Both the position numbers and the translations under genes were made by a program. 64,000 nt of DNA from the human T2T-CHM13v2.0 reference genome, Homo sapiens, in NCBI RefSeq assembly GCF_009914755.1, contig NC_060925.1. One strand, given 5' to 3'. Of the stretch, positions 33,261-64,000 are shown one piece after another. How positions within the stretch are numbered: position 1 is the first letter of the stretch; each line of letters opens with the position of its first letter. The notes beneath the pieces are model-generated. The model searched no databases. It was not told the DNA's origin and saw only the letters and a list, made by a program, of their open reading frames with translations.

Positions 33261-35409
33261 ACAGGCTGTTTGTTTTTAAATGAAACAAAAAATCCAAACT
33301 GGCTTTTAGAATTAACTGTTGTCTTTCCTCACATTTTTGTCAATTTAAAGAACTGTTAAGCTCCTGTAAAAAAGATGTTATGTAATCTGTAACTACATTT
33401 GAGAATGTTAGTCAACTTCAAATAAATTCTTACCAAAATACCTTTTTCTTGTTAACACTAATTGTTGCTGAAATATTAACCTGAACTTGCATATCATTCT
33501 ATCTGGCAACTTTTCAGAATAGATTCATACCAGCTTCACATGCCATTTATTAATTCATCAATTAATTGATTCAGTAATTATTAGTGAACACTAAATGTCA
33601 GGCACTTTTCTAGATGTTTGGGAATATCAGTAAATAAAACAGATTCTTGCCCTCAAGGAAATATTTATAGAACTGCTGTTGTATAAACAGTACTCATCAA
33701 ATATTCCACTGCTCCCCTGCTTTTCCCAGCATCCCTTACAGTTAGGTTTGGATCATGTGATTACAGCAAGCTAATGGCCTATCAAGGAAATGACATGTAT
33801 CATTTTTAGGCTGAGGAAGGTATAAGCTAATGTGCTCCCCAACCCTGTTATTACCTGTCACACAACCCCAGAGGTTAATATTCCACATGGTTCAGCCACA
33901 AGATATAATTTGAGTCATTTTGGTTACTGAGTCTCATAGTCCGTTTGTGCTGCTATAGCAACATACCTAAGACTAGATAATTTACAAATAATAGGAATTC
34001 GTTTCTCACAGTTCTGGAGTCTGCAAAGTCCAATATCAAGCCACTAGTAGATAATGCCTTGTTGCTGCATTTTTCAGAGGGTCTGAAATCTGTGTCCTTA
34101 CATGGAGGAAGAGACAGAAGGGGCAAACCCACCCCCTCAAGTCCTCTTCTAAAGCACTGTGAGAGTGGAGCCCTCAGGGCCTACCCTCTGAAGGCCCTAC
34201 CTCTTAAAGAGTGTTTCATTGTAGATTAAATTTCAATATGAGTTTTGGAGGAGACACAAACTGTAGAATTCCACCCCTGGCCCCCCAAAATATATGTCCT
34301 TCTTACTTACAAAATATAATCATTCCATCCCAATAACATCAAAAGTCTTAACTTGTTCCAGCATCAACTTTAGAGTCTGACTCTGAAGTCTCATCTAAAT
34401 ATCATCTTCATAACATTTGGATGTGACTCAAGGTACAATTCATCATGAGGCAAATTCCTCTCCCGTTGTGAGCCTGTGAAATCAAGTTATGTGCTTCCAA
34501 AATACAATGGTGTACAGGCATACGACAGACATTCCCATTCTAAAAGGGAGCAATAGGCAAGAAGAAATGGGTAACAGGTCTCAAGTAAGTCCAAAATCCA
34601 ACAAGGCAAACTTTAAATCTTGAAGCTTCAGAAAAACAATCTTTGACTCTATGTGCGACCTTCTGGACACCCTGGGGTGAGGGTTGGGCCCCCAAAGCCC
34701 TGGACAGCTGCATTCCTATGGCATCACTGGGCATAGCCCATGCTGCAGCTCTCCCTGACTGATGCTGCACACTGGTGGCTCTCTAGGTTTTGGGTCTTGC
34801 CAGGGGTTGGGGGAGTAGAGCTGACCCTTCCCCATGGCCCCACTAGATACTGTACTTGACAGGGCTCTCTACAATGGCCTTAACCCACAACTCCATTTGA
34901 CATTGCCTAGTGGAGGTTCTCTGCAGTATCCCTGGCAGCTCTCTACCTGGGCCCTGAGGCTTTCAGAGAGAGCCTTTGAAATCTAGGTGGAGGTAGCAAT
35001 GCCTCCACAAGTGTTGCAGTCTGCATGCCTGCAGAGCTGGCAGCACAAGGATCCCACTGAAGTTTATCGCTTGTGCCTCCTGGAGCAGCAGCCCAAGCCT
35101 CACTTGGGCCCACTTGAACCACAGCTGGGGCAGCCAAGGAGTTCTGCACCTGAATGCAGGGAACAGACTTGAGGCAATATTGAGAGCCCCAAGGTCCCTC
35201 CTTTGAAGCCTTTCTTCCCTCAAGGCACTAGCACTCTGGGCCTGTGATGGGAGTAGCAGCCTCAGAGATCTCTGAAATGCCTTCAGGGTCATTGTTCCAT
35301 TGTCCTGAGAATAGCATCTGGCTTCCTCCTATCCCTATTAATTTTATCAAATAGCCTCTTGGCCACATCCTTGGTATGCTTTCTGAAATATGCTTTGCAA
35401 CCCTGCCAG

Positions 35410-36027
<618 letters not shown>

Positions 36028-36305
36028 CCAGGCTGAGAAGTTTCCAAATCTTCTGCTTCCCTTTTAGTTCTATCTTTAATTCATTTCTCCCTTCTTACAT
36101 TTTACTATAAGCAATCAAAAGAAGCCATGCAGAACCTTCAACACTTTGCTCAGATAATTCTGCCAAATATCCTGGTTCATCACTCACAAGTTCTGCCATT
36201 CATAAAACGTTAGGACACAGAAACAATTCAGTCAAGTTCTTTGCCACAAGAATGGCTTTTCCTCCAGTTTCTAATACCATTTTCCTCATTTCCATCTGAG
36301 GAAGT

Positions 36306-36695
<390 letters not shown>

Positions 36696-37328
36696 CCTGA
36701 GAATGGGTAATGTATAAATAATAGAAATGCATTTTTTACAGTTCTGGAGGCTGAGATTTCCAAAATGAAGGCAACAATAGGTCTGATATCTAGTCTAGTC
36801 TATTCTAGTTTGATGTCTGTGCTTCCAGTGGCTCCTCGTCCTCACATCGTGGAAGGGATGGAAGGGTAAAAAGAGAGAAATGCTGTGTAAAGCCTCCCTT
36901 ATAAAGCATTAATTCCATTCATGAGGGTGGAGCACTCATGACTTACTCACCTCATAAAGGTCCCACCTTTTAATAGTTAATATAACTTTGGGCATTAAGT
37001 TCCTACATGAATTTTGGAGGGGACACAAACATTCAAACCATAGCACTGAGTGAAGGTGAGGAGTTGAGCAACACTGAACTTTCACTGCTTGCCAACCTGT
37101 GCTAGATAGATGACATGTGTGAGATATAAATGTTTGTTGTTTAAACCACTGAGGATTTAGAGTCTGACTGCTGGGATAGTCAGTGTTAATTGCCCTGAGT
37201 AATACAACTCCTATTATTTATTTAGTACCTTTTATGTACTTTGCTATGCAAAGTACTAGGCTGTGTGTAATAGTGATTTGTTACAATTCTGATAGTTGAC
37301 TTCCCTTGCCAAAAAGGAGTCATGTTCA

Positions 37329-37705
<377 letters not shown>

Positions 37706-38076
37706 ACAGTGGCTCTCAGAAAGAAACAAACAGTGGCTCTAAAATTGATACAAGTCTTGAAATTTTAGAGGGAAAAGAAGGATTTTAGGCTTATTCTAGA
37801 AGATTTAATTAGGATGAGACTTAATTAGGATGAGTCCTGATTCCATGGTTGAGTATTTAATCTGCCTTATTTTTCCCAGAGGTAAAATTGGAGATAATAT
37901 TTTGCTACTAATGTCACAACGTTATTATAATGATCAAAATGAGTTGACTATATAAATTATGAGGCATATATATACAAATATGACTATTCTCATTGAACCT
38001 GAACATTGATTTTTATCATATCACACTTGTGCTTTAATAAAAGGAAAATATAATGAAAACTATTTAGGTAGGGTAG

Positions 38077-38932
<856 letters not shown>

Positions 38933-39077
38933 TGATCTTACAGGAAGGTGTCAATGAAAGGTTTTCAGGCAACAAGTAGGATTCATATAGCTTGCTTAAA
39001 TGATACTTAAATGAACAAACTGAAAGGGCTATGAGTTTCAGTTTTCCAGTCATGCCACCAGGATTAACAATCAATCA

Positions 39078-41021
<1,944 letters not shown>

Positions 41022-41214
41022 TCAGGATTCAGGTGCACAGAAAGTTGACATCCAAAACCCCCGGCCATAGAAACCAGAGATCCCAGTGACAAGATAATTT
41101 TGGGGTCTGTAACTCTATTCAGAGGCAGAAAAGTTACTGGCAAGAAATTTAGTCCTAGGGAAGTATAAGTCAGGAACTCTTTTCCCATCCCCAAAGTCCT
41201 GATTACCTTTGAGA

Positions 41215-41396
41215 CTTTTCTTTTGAGACAGGGTCTCAGCCAGTTTCTTTTATTTATTATTGATTGATTGATTGATTGGTAGAAACAGGGTCTCACCTTA
41301 TTACCCACTTTGGTCTCCAACTCCTGGCCTCAAGCAGTCCTCCCACCTCACCTCCCAAAGTGCTGGGATTACAGGCATGAGCCACCAAGCAGGGCT
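41215..41396 (-). mobile_element. FLAM/AluJ monomer fragment
   Basis: GGCCTCAAGCAGTCCTCCCACCTC...GTGCTGGGATTACAGG. Confidence 0.85.
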
Positions 41397-41858
41397 GAGA
41401 CTGACTCTTTGAACTAAAGACCTAGTCTCCTCATGATCTTCCAGCTGGAAGAATTGAGTCATTGAAATGAAGTGAATCTTAGTCTATAAGTTGGGGTTGT
41501 AGATCCTAGCTCAGAGGCTAGACGGTATATGAGGCACATTATTGCACCAGGCAAGTGAAATGCTATCTTGACCTATTAATAGGTGGTGGTAAGGTGGAGT
41601 GGTGGGGGAGGTGTTAAAGCTATAAACTTTATTATGTTTCAAATGACCTCAGGATGGGGGGCAAATACCTACAACAATTTGAGGAGTCCCAAGACCCATC
41701 TCATGGCTACCATCTTAGGACAGTAATGTAATGTTTAATTTCTAACTCAATGTAACATTCATATCATTCTCTGATTATTTTATGTACATCTATATTAACT
41801 TCTCACTAAGGTTTTAAGCTTGAGGACAGTAATCACATCTTACTTTAAAAAATATTCT

Positions 41859-44032
<2,174 letters not shown>

Positions 44033-44302
44033 TCAGTCCACCTCTCTTTACTGCTAATTTTGTGTATTGGAACCTGTACTCTATCCATTTTGTTTTTAAA
44101 TTTTCTAGACCCGGAAAGCATGGACTGGTACCAGGTCACAAAGATACTATTTGTGTTGTCACAACTTATTCTCTTCCTCTAAGATGTTGGGACAGAATAT
44201 GTGGGATTTCTACTCATCTTCATCTTTCTACCTGGAATATGATCTTCACGAAACAGACTTTTCTTCTGAGATGAAGAAACTTTGTCAAAAGCAGTCTAAT
44301 TC

Positions 44303-44518
<216 letters not shown>

Positions 44519-44888
44519 GACAGTCCAATAGCCACTGTTTCCTAGTTCTTCACCTCATATTCCCTGCTCCCTTCTTAACCTTTCTGCTTTGGCGACTTTA
44601 TCTTTTTCCCTATGAGAATGAATGTCACCCCACTCCAAGTCTTCAATCAATGTGTTCTAAAAGGAGAGAAAGCCTAAGAGTATGAGTCAACTTTATTCCT
44701 GGTACTGAACTTTGTTTGTTCTCATGTTAGTTGCCCGAAGGAACAGGGAAGAGAAGCAAAAGGGAAGTGATTAACAGGTCAACCTATTTGACTAATTTAA
44801 GAGATCAATTTAAAAGAAAATGATAACATAGCAAACTCCTCTTATATGCACATAAGGCATTACTAAGTATCTATTTTATGGTGCTTGA

Positions 44889-45979
<1,091 letters not shown>

Positions 45980-46902
45980 GTGACCTGTCCTTCTATCTGG
46001 ACTTTATATTAGAATGGTTTATGTCTGCACCTATGTCTCCATTAGAATGTAACCTCCTGGAGAAGAGAATTCATTTTCTTGTTTATCTTTATTTCCATCT
46101 ACATCATCAAGTGTTTCATGTACATGCCAATGTTCAAAAACTTTTTTTAATCAATTAGTCAAACTTTGCTAAAGTGGTAGCTTGTCACTACTGCCGGGGT
46201 TTGTTGAAGTGTGCCACTCTGCATGCCAGCTAATAATAATAACAACAATAGCAGTTAACCTGTGAAAACCGTGAACAGCAACTCCCCTGAGAGCCAATGA
46301 CAACTAGAGATATGGCAAGGAGTCATGTTGGAAGAATACTCATCCAGACCCTTGCTGAAATAGACCCAGAAAACGGCTCTGTGGAGTTACACCCAGAATG
46401 GAGCCTATGGAGAACACCCATATTCAACAACAGTGGCTGACTTTCAGCACGCAGCAGACAGCCTCTGAGAGACTTTGTTCTGTGTCTCACCCTTCTCTTA
46501 TGCAGTGAGGAAAGGGAGACTCTCTAGGCCAGGCAGTAACCCTGAGAGCTTCCCTGACAGAGGATTGCTGAGAGACTGAGCAGATGCAAGAGGAATGCCT
46601 CTGTTCTTCCCTCACTGCCTATTTTGGCCATCTCCCTGCTTTTAGACTTTGCAGTGGAGGGGCCAGAGGCTTGAGCCAAGCCAAAGATACAGGAGAAGGA
46701 TCTGGAATCCACCTCAGTGGGTAGGGCCAATTAAGACAAGAGGGGTGTACACAGAGGGAAATGTTCAGAAAACAAACCTCTTGCAAGAATCTGGAGGTAT
46801 AACAGGGCCAAGTCTTCATACTGAGTTGGTGGGGGCTTCACTTTAATATGTGAATGTTGGAAAGAGGTGGGATATGAAAAGAAATCACAATACCTTGATC
46901 AC

Positions 46903-47900
46903 CAGCTTCTACCAGAGGGATCTTGTCTCTTATTGCTGCTGTGAGTACTTTGGGGCCTCATGAGTGAGCTTGGCTGTCTAGAACCCTAGTTGGCCTTGAG
47001 TGAAGAAAATCAGTAACTGTAGTTAGACTCCCCTGATCTGCCCTACCCGTCTGTCCTAGCATCATCTAGAGAACACTCTAGGAAGAGGCTGTGGGTATAA
47101 TTGAGTGTACCCAGTGTTCTGTGTCCATGTACCGGGAGCTCTGGGTTTACCTGAGATTCTTTCCATGTGGCTGAAAAGAGTTGGAAAGAGTTGGCCTTGA
47201 TAGTCAGGGGCTTCAGTTCTCATTATGTTTTCCCAATGTGGCAGCTCCATAATGCTGGAAAAACTCTGTTCCCCCAGGACCCTCTTCCTCTTCCTTGTAC
47301 CGTGAAGATGCAGAAGGAGAGGAGTTTGTCCATGCTATTCTTTCTCTGTGATCTGCTGTGCAAGGTGTCATGTAGCACATGCAGGCAGTGAGCATTCTTT
47401 CCTTGACTTTAAGCTTGGCAGTTACCCGGGGTTCAAAAGTTCTGAGGGCAACTGTCCTCCTTTAAGTCTTGGCTGCTCTACCTTGTATAACTTCTACCTT
47501 TATCTTTCACAAGTTTTTATCTTCAGGAAACTCCCAAGCATTCTGGAAGCTCTGCATGTGAGTAAGAACCACTGCTGTTGCTGTTGCTGTAGCTGCCTGA
47601 ATCTATGGCAAAAAGCCAGGAAAAAAAAATTGCTTCACACCATGTGCACCGACTCCCCTGGAGCTGGCACCACCAGGGCGTCTGCAGAGCTATGTAAGTC
47701 GTTCTCCAAGCAGTCTGTCTCTTTGGTAGCTACAGAAACAGTGTTTGTTATCCTTTAGTTTTCAGTAGACAGGCAAAAATCTGATGGCGACATTCTCTGT
47801 TTCTGAAGTTGGAGAGCCAACCAGCAAAACCTTCAGAAAGAAGGCAGCTTCTACCAGAGGGATCTTGTCTCTTATTGCTGCTTTCAATACTTTGGAGCCT
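46903..47900 (+). repeat. Dispersed direct repeat pair (46903-46960 and 47845-47902)
   Basis: 38 bp identical, CAGCTTCTACCAGAGGGATCTTGTCTCTTATTGCTGCT, plus ~20 bp imperfect extension; 942 bp apart. Confidence 0.9.
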
Positions 47901-48060
47901 CAGTGAGAGGACTCCCTATGAAACCATGGAATTAAAGTTGCCCTTTCAGATTTTAACCTTGAGATCAATGCACAGTGGGTCAAAGTATAGTTATTCAAAG
48001 TCTTAGTAAAGAGGTAAAATGGCTCCCTGGTAAGCAAGATTATGCTATAATCTTAAAATA

Positions 48061-48803
<743 letters not shown>

Positions 48804-49457
48804 TTATTAAATAAAACAGACGCCCTTGTTTACTCTGTAAGCAACCTACTCTTACCATCTGACTTCCCAAGTGCTGCTCACAGGACATGAATGTTTTGAC
48901 CCTTGGCCATTATATTTTTCTTTTTCTATTCAAAATTTTATGAATAAACTGGTATTCTGGTTTTGAATACCAGCCTCTGGAAGCTTGAGTCTGCTTTGGG
49001 AGATAAATCCGTAATCTATGTGTTAGCTGATTGGATTTCTAAGCCTATATGGCTGTGGACCAGAACCTCACCCTGGTGAATCACCAAGGTAAGACTATGC
49101 CACAGAGGAACTTTTGGGGTCCACAAAAACTCCCTGACTGGCTGATTGTCTGTATCCTTCCTACTGAGACTTCTAAAGTTATCAGGCCTAGTGAAGATTA
49201 CATCTGTGTTCGAGGAATAGCAGGATAAAATTATGTTCGGGATTTTGGTTTGGAGTTAGAGAGACTTAGTGTACATCCTTCCATTTTTACCTGAAACAAA
49301 TTGTCCAATATTTCTGTGCCTTAATCTTCTCATCTGTAAATTGAAGATAACAAGAATGTCTACTTGTTAGAATCATTAGAGAAAAAATGAAACAGCATGT
49401 TAAGTACTTCATGTAGTGCCTAACATAAATACATGCTCAATAACCACTAATTTCTCC

Positions 49458-50614
<1,157 letters not shown>

Positions 50615-51014
50615 ACTCCTTTTTTATAGCTCTCACTAGATGTTAGGTATTGTGCTAAGCACTGATAAACTTGCCCAAAGTCAAACACTTGGCAAGTGGT
50701 AGAACCAGGAGTTGAACCAGGCCAAAGCTTATGTATTTGACTAATGGGCTAAACTGTCTCTGATGGTTTAACAAATACAGCAAAACTTGCAGTTCCAAAG
50801 TGTTTTGTGCCTTTTAAAGGAATAGATTTGGAAGAATATATATTTATTCTTAAGTTTACTTGAAGCTCTTCTTTTGGAATTACCTGAGAAATCCTTGATA
50901 TATTTTTTGAACATCCTTAACAAGGGCAAATTTTTGTTCTTTAAGATTTGATCTTCTTAATTACCAAAAGTTGCTTAGTGACAAACACAGTAAATAAGTT
51001 GGAAAATCACAATA

Positions 51015-52353
<1,339 letters not shown>

Positions 52354-52659
52354 ATAGGAAATACCATCTTTGGTGGAAAAACATGTGGCTTAGAAAGCAA
52401 GTCTATGGTTTTGATGGAAGTAGCAAAATACTTTATCATCACAAAGCGGTATCTATTGTTGCCAACTTTACTTTCCCATCACATTAGCCTTGTATTAGAT
52501 GAAGTAAAGAAATATGAGTTTTTAAGTAAATTAGGTTAACCAGAAATGCATTAAATTGTTGTAAGTAAAAATTAATTAATGGATTAATATAAACATAAAG
52601 AAAAGTTTCCAAAGAAGGCTTTGTCCTTTTAATAATTCTGCAATTGACATGAATGAAGT

Positions 52660-53090
52660 CCTAGAAAGTGTGTTCATCAAACCTAGGAATCAAAGTTGGG
52701 AATAAGTGATTTTAAAAAAACAGAGAGAGTTTGAAAACTAAGTTTAACAAAGTTAAATGTAAGATCCTGCACTTCAAACTAAGAAAAAATAACTGCACTA
52801 GTACAAGATAAGGAATATAGCCTAACAGAAGTACATGAGAAAAATGCTTCTAAGTTTTAGTAGATGAGAACTTAATCGATGTTAATGACTTCCAAGAAAA
52901 ATATTAAGATATTAGGCTGAATTAAAGGAAGCATAGACTCTAGAACAAAGGAGGGGACGCATCCACTCTACTCTGCTGGTTATTTCTAGAAACTACAATT
53001 TAAGAGGAATACGGTCAAATAAAAATGTATTCAGAAGAGAGTAATCACAATTATAAAAGAATATGAGAAATGTTAAATAGGGAGAAGACG
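52660..53090 (+). mobile_element. L3/CR1 LINE fragment
   Basis: AAGTTTAACAAAGTTAAATGTAAGATCCTGCACTT and CCACTCTACTCTGC resemble the CR1 ORF2 end. Confidence 0.65.
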
Positions 53091-53141
53091 TGTTGTTTGA
53101 AGATTAAAAAGAAAAAAAATACTGCTGGTAGGGATGGCATT

Positions 53142-54578
<1,437 letters not shown>

Positions 54579-55204
54579 CTTTTTTTTGGGACAGAGTCCC
54601 CATTAAAGTCATTCTCTTAAATCCATAGTACTCCCCTAAGGTGTCCCCTTAGAGAGAGTAAATGCTTCAGAAAAACAGATAAAGTCAAGAATACTGGCAT
54701 CATTCACGTGTCTATTTGAAAGCTGAGAATTTTTTAAAAATCTCGCCAGTCCAAAGTAAACCTATTTGAAAGTGACCACTGAGAGTTGGCCTCCTGTCTA
54801 AAGGTTTAGCTGTAAGTAAACAATCTAAAAAAAAAAAAAAGAATTAAAGACCTTGTTTTTGTTTTTGATCACACTGTTCAAAGAAAGTCTTTTGTGGGTG
54901 AAAGTTCACTAGGCTGAAATAATAGAAACATTGGAGAGTGGAATATGACCTTTACCCTTAAAGCAGGGGGCCTTAGTTTATTTTTGCTAGCTTCCTTCAT
55001 GGGAGAACGTGGACACTGCTTGTCTCACTTCTCAGAATATTTTGCAAGTTGATATTTGATATGAGGAGAACCAACCGAAGAGAATATGTTAAGCAGTTGG
55101 GCATCTACTAGGTCTAGGAAAACTGGGAAGAAATTTCAGGAGGGCTGGTCTTCACTTGGCAAATAACCTCCCAAATCATCTATAATGATTAAAAAGCAAA
55201 AGGA

Positions 55205-57280
<2,076 letters not shown>

Positions 57281-57354
57281 CCCTTATAATATTTTACCAA
57301 CGTAGTAACAGTCATATCCCCTATGTGGTTTTAATGCACACTAAAAGAATAGGG

Positions 57355-57647
<293 letters not shown>

Positions 57648-59018
57648 TTAGCATGACTACTGCTAGAATTAGCCTCTCTCCTTACTCTAGTGTAGGTGGA
57701 GAGGTGGAGGGTTATTGGTTTATGTCCCTTCAGAGTTATCACCCTAGTACTTGGAAACTGCATGCTGTTCCCAGGAGCATCATATGCTCTCCCCCAACCA
57801 TCTGCTCCATCATGGGTCCCCACTCACTTAATTGCAGATCACTGCCCCAAACTCCTGGACACACTTTCTTTTGTAGGATATTATTCCCTGTGATGGGTGT
57901 AGCAAAAGAGTAAATGTGAGGCAAGGCACATTTTTCTTTAATTCTTTATCCCCTCATTCTCCACACCTTCACCACATAAGATAGTATAAGTCTATTAGAC
58001 TTAGTGAATCGTTGAAGTAACTTAAGGAAATAATATTTTAGGAAGAGGGAAAAATTAAACATAACACAGTCTGCTCTGGTTGCACAATTATAGTGCATTT
58101 GATAGGTAGGAGCTCTATTTAAGCTGTCTTCCTAGAAGTCCCATCAATACTTTCACTTAATCTCATTCATTAGGAACCTAGACTCATGGCCACACAGACT
58201 CACTGCTTTAAGAATAAAGTCTGTGTTCCACTCTCAAATTTCTCATGTCACTATGGTTTTAGCTTAATGAACTTTTACCACAAAGGCTCTACAAGGGAGG
58301 CGAGCAAAATGAGTCCCTTGCCCTGCAACTACCACCATAAAAGGAAGTCAGGTGTTGGGAAACAAAATGAGATTAGTCATACTAATGGATCAAGTTATGG
58401 ATTTTTTGTACATCCAAGTTTTAGAGTATCAGTGATGGTCTTGCTAAATGACCTTTCTGATTGTCCCAGGAAAGCTATCAAGATATTACTTCCTTCCCAG
58501 GGGGTTGCCTTGTAGAAAACCTAATTTATAATCTTTTTACCCTACCCACAGGTCTGACAGTCCTGCCATTTCCTAACTTCTCCTGTGTGGTCATCCACCT
58601 ACCTTTGGGAACCTCCAGTCATTACTCACAGAGTTGGTCTCATCCTGGGAACTCTCTCTTGCCTCTCCCAGTGGTTCATTCTCCAAGTCTGAGTTATTTG
58701 GTCAAAAAAACCTCCAAATGCTTCAGACAACTCTCGCAAACTTGTCATAGCTTTTGGTATTCCAGGCCACAGAAGAGCCCAGGTGGGTACATGGGCCCTC
58801 CAAGTGTTTGTTTCCTCACCACTGTGAGTGACAAATATGCTTCTTTATCCTTAAAATTGTCCAGCCAGTAACTGTTGGAACACACTGACCTAGATCCACA
58901 CATGCAAACACACCTTTCAAGGGCAAATGTTAATTCACAAAGACAATTGTAAAATCTAAGCTAAAGTTCACAAATGGGAGCTGCCTTTGAAGTGAATTCA
59001 GCCCACAGACATCTTTGA

Positions 59019-62700
<3,682 letters not shown>

Positions 62701-64000
62701 GAGAGAGAGCAAGTGTGCAGTAGGTATTAGCCTAGGTTGCTAGGAGAATTAAAGTTAACAAGCAATTAATTCATGACTAACACCAGAAACTTGGAGAATA
62801 TGCCCAATGACCTTTTATCAAGTGCCCAGTGCCAATTTATCACTTAAGATAGCACTCCACATGGCAGAAAGACTTAAACGCCAGTAAGTCACTCTGTATG
62901 TTTGGGACATCTATAGAACACTTTTTTTTTTTTTTTTGAAAACTCCTCTAGCAAAAAAATGTTTAAACTTTCATCTTCACGTTGGGTGATTGCAGTCATA
63001 AATTTCACACAATGATCCTGCTTGTATCATAGAATAACCCATTTTCTGATGAACAGGTTGAATCCAAATAAATTCCAAACACGTGTATAATGTAGAGTTA
63101 AAACATTTTAGACTCAAAGCTCAAAGCTAATTAAGAACCGGCATGGGCCACAGTTTGAACCAGCACCAACTTGTCTTTGCTCTGTTATTGGTTTGCTGTC
63201 TTTGCCTGTTATTCCATATCACTTGCTGGAAGGAAGCAGCCATACTGAAATACAAATTTTGTTTGTTTCTTTTTTAAAAAAGGAAACAAATAGATGGTTT
63301 ATTCTAAGAATGTACAGGAACTTATATTCTAAACGTCCATAAATGCATATTCTAGGGACTCTTATCATCTCAGAACCCTACTACAGATTCTCTTTAATCT
63401 TTTTAAACATCCTGTTACATAAATTGCAGCTGTATCTATAGCAGGAAGAACAATAAGATAATAACTGGTCAAACATCAAAAGCACTTGGGTGGGTCTTCC
63501 ACAAACATTTAGTCTTCTCTCCCACCAACACCATGTTCTTAGATTTTTTTTCCAACCACATTAATGTATTTTTTGTTTGTTTGTTTCTTCTTTTTCCTTT
63601 CCCCTGAGTAATTACTATGAATTTTTGCCAGGTCAAGAATTCTTCCCAGAAACAAACCCCAAGTATTAAAAAAAATCAAACAAACAGTACCTGAAGATAA
63701 GATGTACTCTTTCCAGGCCCACCCCCTCCCTTTGATTTCTTTCTCCAGATTGAGTGGGTTTAATTGGAATTGCACGTCCTCAGCGTTTCATGAAGGACAG
63801 ATTTTCTATCTGACCTATGACCTGCTAGGAATTCCCTATTAACTTTCATGGGATGAATTTGGAATTGTCCTTACCACTCAGTATTTACTAAGTAAGAAAT
63901 CACACAAACTCTTATGCAGGCTGTGAATCTAATGTATGTATACATATAGCAAGCATTTCTTGATGATAAAATGTTAGAGTTATGGTCGGGCACAGTGGCT

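Noticed and set aside
46297-46440. 47-codon ATG ORF in unique sequence
   Set aside because: No recognisable homology; length expected by chance.
63010-63052. Possible C/D box snoRNA (ATGATCC...CTGA)
   Set aside because: C box does not match RUGAUGA, span is too short and no terminal stem is evident.

Overview
Primate (almost certainly human) genomic DNA, very Alu-rich. The only gene-level structure I can support is a CpG-island bidirectional promoter at about 3.9-5.7 kb. On the minus strand it carries a non-coding first exon I recognise from memory as the 5' UTR of SLC16A1 (MCT1; exon about 4781-4619, donor GTTAGT), so bases 1-4618 are SLC16A1 intron 1 and no coding exon is in the window. 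On the plus strand, splice signals (donor 5541, 99-nt exon 9061-9159) fit the divergent lncRNA SLC16A1-AS1. The other ~55 kb is non-coding: dozens of Alus, L1 pieces, L2/MIR/L3 relics, a MADE1, an LTR-int-LTR MST-type MaLR and other LTRs. Nearly all track ORFs are Alu-derived or chance ORFs. I found no evidence of a new multi-gene system. The most unusual signals are retrotransposition and repair events readable from the sequence: an L1 3' transduction inside an Alu linker (30818-31311), a candidate Alu-associated 3' transduction (22028-22336), an L1PA insertion with a 5' poly(T) head that may give the lncRNA a poly(A) signal, a 204-bp microhomology tandem duplication, a 151-bp inverted templated insertion, and a four-level nested TE stack. 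Repeat subfamily calls and boundaries are by eye and approximate.
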